This document shows positions 59,707-64,000 of a stretch of DNA of 64,000 bases, in pieces. The stretch lies in assembly GCA_964016885.1 (NCBI GenBank), contig OZ024761.1, forward strand, positions 12,338,001 through 12,402,000. Direction: 5' to 3'. The translations under genes were made by a program, and so were the position numbers. Each line of letters opens with the position of its first letter. The first letter of the stretch is position 1. The notes beneath the pieces were generated by a model that saw only the letters and a list, made by a program, of their open reading frames with translations, did not search any database and was not told the origin of the DNA. The stretch is from Eledone cirrhosa (Eukaryota).

Positions 59707-60059
59707 AACAGTTCTACGTCACATGGTACATTTACTGTCCATATTTGGAGACAAAATCTTTTCTTAACAGAAAAGAAATTGCTTGCAGAAACAAAAATAA
59801 ACACCATTACTTTTAACTTCATACAATGTGTTTATTTACACATCCATATACACACACATACACATATATATATATATATACATCCATATACAGATACACA
59901 CATACACATATATATATATATATACATCCATATACAGATACACACATACACACATATATATATATACATCCATATACATATACACACATACTCACATATA
60001 CATAGACACATCCATATATATCTTTATACATACACACATAGACATATACACAGACGCAT

Positions 60060-60094
<35 letters not shown>

Positions 60095-60333
60095 CATATA
60101 CATATACACACATACTTAGATATACACATCCATATATATCTTTATACATACACACATAGACATATACACAGACGCATACACACACATATATATATATACA
60201 TCCATATACACACATACTCACATATACATATACACATCCATATATATCTTTATACATACACACATAGACATATACACAGACATACACATATACATATATA
60301 ACTTTACACACACACATATATATATATATATAT

Positions 60334-60382
<49 letters not shown>

Positions 60383-60409
60383 TACATATATATATATATA
60401 TATATACAC

Positions 60410-60440
<31 letters not shown>

Positions 60441-61223
60441 TATATATATATATACACATATATAGAGATAGACACATCCATATATACCTTTATACATACA
60501 CACATATACATATGCACATAGACATATACATCCATACATATATTTATACATACACACACAGATACATACACAGACACACACATATATCCATACATATATT
60601 TATACATACACCCACAGATACATACACTGACACACACATATACACACATACATCCATACATATATTTATACAGACACACACATATACACACATACATCCA
60701 TATATATCTTTATACATACACACACAAATACACACACATATACACACATACATCCACATATATATTTATACATACACACACAGATACATACACAGACACA
60801 CACATACATCCATATATATCTTTATACATACACATGTAAAGACATATACTGACACATACATACATATACTACTTTATGCACACAGACATATATACATACA
60901 TACATACATACATACATACACACACACACACTTATAAATATACACATAGACATACATATATAAACATACATATACACATTTTACCAGTGTGTTGACAGCC
61001 ATGGGCCTAAAGACAACTACTACAATAACAACAACGCAACAACAAAACAACAACAACAATACAATAACAACAACATTACAATAACAATACAATAACAGCA
61101 ACAACAGTACAACTACAACAACACAATAACAAGAATACAACAACCACAACAACACAATAACAAGAATACAACAACTGCAACAACAACAACAACTTAAAAT
61201 GAATTCATAAACAAAACCTAAAC

Positions 61224-62440
61224 TGGGTGGTTTGGTGGTTTAGTGGGTTGGTAGGCTGGTGGTTTGGTGGTTTGGTAGGGTGGTGGTTTGGTGGGCTGGT
61301 GGCTTGGTAGTTTGGTGGGTTGGTGGTTTGGTAGGCTGGTGGTTTGGTGGGTTTGTGGTTTGGTGGGTTGGTAGGCTGGTGGTTTGGTGGGTTGGTGGTT
61401 TGGTGGTTTGGTAGGCTGGTGGTTTGGTGGGTTTGTGGGCTGGTGGGTTGGTAGGCTGGTGGTTTGGTGGGTTTGTGGGCTGGTGGCTTGGTGGCTTGGT
61501 GGGTTGGTAGGCTGGTGGTTTGGTGGGTTTGTGGTTTGGTGGTTTGGTAGGCTGGTGGTTTGGTGGGTTTGTGGTTTGGTGGTTTGGTAGGCTGGTGGTT
61601 TGGTGGTTTAGTGGGTTGGTGGGCTGGTGGCTTGGTGGCTTGGTGGGTTGGTGGTTTGGTAGGCTGGTGGTTTGGTGGGTTTGTGGGCTGGTGGTTTGGT
61701 AGGCTGGTGGTTTGGTGGGTTTGTGGTTTGGTGGGTTGGTAGGCTGGTGGTTTGGTGGGTTGGTGGGCTGGTGGTTTGGTAGGCTGGTGGCTTGGTGGGT
61801 TGGTAGGCTGGTGGTTTGGTGGGCTGGTGGCTTGGTGGTTTGGTGGGTTGGTGGTTTGGTAGGCTGGTGGTTTGGTGGGTTTGTGGTTTGGTGGGTTGGT
61901 AGGCTGGTGGTTTGGTGGGTTTGTGGGCTGGTGGTTTGGTAGGCTGGTGGTTTGGTGGGTTTGTGGTTTGGTGGGTTGGTAGGCTGGTGGTTTGGTGGGT
62001 TGGTGGGCTGGTGGTTTGGTAGGCTGGTGGTTTGGTGGGCTGGTGGCTTGGTGGTTTGGTGGGTTGGTGGTTTGGTAGGCTGGTGGTTTGGTGGGTTTGT
62101 GGTTTGGTGGGTTGGTAGGCTGGTGGTTTGGTGGGTTGGTGGGCTGGTGGTTTGGTAGGCTGGTGGTTTGGTGGGTTTGTGGTTTGGTGGGTTGGTAGGC
62201 TGGTGGTTTGGTGGGTTGGTGGGCTGGTGGTTTGGTGGGTTTGTGGGCTGGTGGCTTGGTGGTTTGGTGGGTTGGTGGGCTGGTGGTTTGGTAGGCTGGT
62301 GGTTTGGTGGGTTTGTGGTTTGGTAGGCTGGTGGGTTGGTAGGCTGGTGGGTTGGTGGGCTGGTGGTTTGGTGGGTTGGTGGTTTGATGGGCTGGTGGTT
62401 TGGAGGGTTGGTGGTTTGATGGGCTGGTGGTTTGGTGGAG
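61224..62440. repeat. G/T-rich satellite (ggtttggtgg/ggctggtgg variants)
   Basis: About 1.2 kb almost devoid of A/C on the plus strand. Confidence 0.95.
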
Positions 62441-62664
62441 TGTCAAAGAATGTGGAATAGAAAGTTGGGATTTAGTTAGGGTAAGGGAGGGGGTGAAACT
62501 ACTAGAGATGGTAAGATAGTTGAGGAGACAGACAGACAGGAAGGAAGGGACAGACAGACAGGAGTTGGATGATAGCAGTGGTTCTCAAATGTTGTGACCT
62601 AAGGAGCCTCAAGGATCACTGTGGCACATTGGTGTGTCATAAGAGAGTATTGTGGCACATTGGT

Positions 62665-62810
62665 GTTATATTTGATCTGTAGTATGTCACTAATACTTTA
62701 TATTTGATCTCTAGTATGTCACTAATACTTTATATTTGATCCCCAGTATGTCACTAATACTTTATATTTGATCTCTAGCATCAGTAATATGTTACATTTG
62801 ATCTCTAATG
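62665..62810. repeat. About 32-bp tandem repeat, about 4 copies
   Basis: tatatttgatctctagtatgtcactaatactt. Confidence 0.8.
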
Positions 62811-63029
62811 TTCCAGGATTATTTCATATTTGATCTCCAGTGAGATGAAGTGACAAATATTGATGTACAGCAAGACTCTGTAGTGTAAAGATTTAGGGGG
62901 TGGGGGAGTTCGAGAGTGAGGAGGGGTTAGAAAAAGTGTGAAAGATAATGTCCCTTCCCTTCATTCTTCAAGCTGTTAAAATAACAGAGTTTGGGAATTT
63001 GGGAAGCGGGTGGTGATACAAACACAGAC

Positions 63030-63097
<68 letters not shown>

Positions 63098-63098
<1 letters not shown>

Positions 63099-63201
63099 AC
63101 AGTGTGTCCCAACAAATCTATGCACACTTTAATTACTTGTACAGGCAATATTTAGTAGTATGCTGTGGAAGTAGGTATACACTTTTTGGGGAGAGCCTGT
63201 G
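63098..63201. mobile_element. Degenerate Tc1-like MITE
   Basis: TAcagtgtgtcccaacaaa ... tttttggggagagcctgt imperfect TIRs. Confidence 0.35.
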
Positions 63202-63287
63202 TGTGTGTATATGATGGATGATGTGGTAATAATATTAACTAGGAAGATATATTCCAGTTTGCCACAAGTTTTATATAATATATATAT

Positions 63288-63351
<64 letters not shown>

Positions 63352-63397
63352 CTTTTATCTATTTCAGTCAATTGGCAGAGGCACTGCCATTAATATA

Positions 63398-63788
63398 TTG
63401 GCAGTATTGGTAGAGGGTTGGACACCATGATTTGACGCATAGAGTTACGGCCCTTGCCATTCTGAGTTCAAATCACGCCGAGGTTAACTTTGCCTTTCAT
63501 CCTTACGGGGGTCGATAAAATAAAGTACCAGTAATGTACTGGGGGTAATTGCTGGCCTTGTGCCAATAGTGGAAACAATTAATATATATATATTAATAGG
63601 GTGGTGGATTGACAGTATCTGTAGAGCGCCAGACACCATTCCTTTTAGCACAGGGTTATGGCCCTTTACATACCGATGTTAGCTTTGCCTTTCATCCTTA
63701 CGGGGTCGATAAAATAAAGTACCAGTCACGCACTGGGGTTGATTTAATTGACTTTCCCCTCCCCCTCGTGCCTATATAAGAAATCATT
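63398..63788 (+). mobile_element. Two tandem SINE family A copies
   Basis: Same consensus as 58745. Confidence 0.75.
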
Positions 63789-63930
63789 AATATATATATA
63801 TATATTCAATCTCATTTCATATTTTCTATCCATAACGGTCTGATGACTGATCCAGGCATATATTAATGGTGTCTGGGATCCTGAAACCTTTGGTAATGGA
63901 GTAGTTATATTTTGTGTTGTTCCCTTTCTA

Positions 63931-63961
<31 letters not shown>

Positions 63962-64000
63962 AGTATTAAGGATACTATTTATGGTTATGTATGTAATAAA

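Noticed and set aside
58916-59767. Val/Met-rich 'membrane protein' ORFs
   Set aside because: (GGT/GAT)n repeat.
61205-62446. 413-aa Pro/Thr/Gln extensin-like ORF
   Set aside because: Translation of the GT-rich satellite; no splice or unique-sequence support.

Overview
Eukaryotic, AT-rich, microsatellite-saturated DNA. The SINE/LINE/Penelope repertoire looks like an octopod cephalopod (inference), and there is a 200-N scaffold gap at 15052-15251. The window appears to lie inside a large minus-strand paxillin-family gene. The exon at 16600-16792 encodes [20 protein letters not shown], matching paxillin LD4 ([17 protein letters not shown]). Upstream are two frame-preserving phase-2/phase-2 candidate cassette exons (57145-57288; Gln-rich 20777-21973). 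Between them lies an uninterrupted, transposon-free 14.8-kb ORF (39048-53891, about 4,950 aa, acidic, built from tandem peptide repeats, with LD-like helices). Its stop codon overlaps a phase-2 GT donor that would splice in frame into the paxillin exons, making it a candidate giant exon of a giant paxillin isoform. The introns hold a Penelope-like GIY-YIG fragment, more than 10 minimal hammerhead-ribozyme motifs in pseudo-LTR fragments and fold-back palindromes, decayed RTE/CR1/other LINE pieces, tRNA-derived SINEs, TTAA- and TA-flanked MITEs, and several minisatellites, one amplified from inside an RTE reverse-transcriptase fragment. No LIM-domain or LD1/LD2 exons were recognised in the window. 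All splice models are read from the sequence by eye and need RNA evidence.
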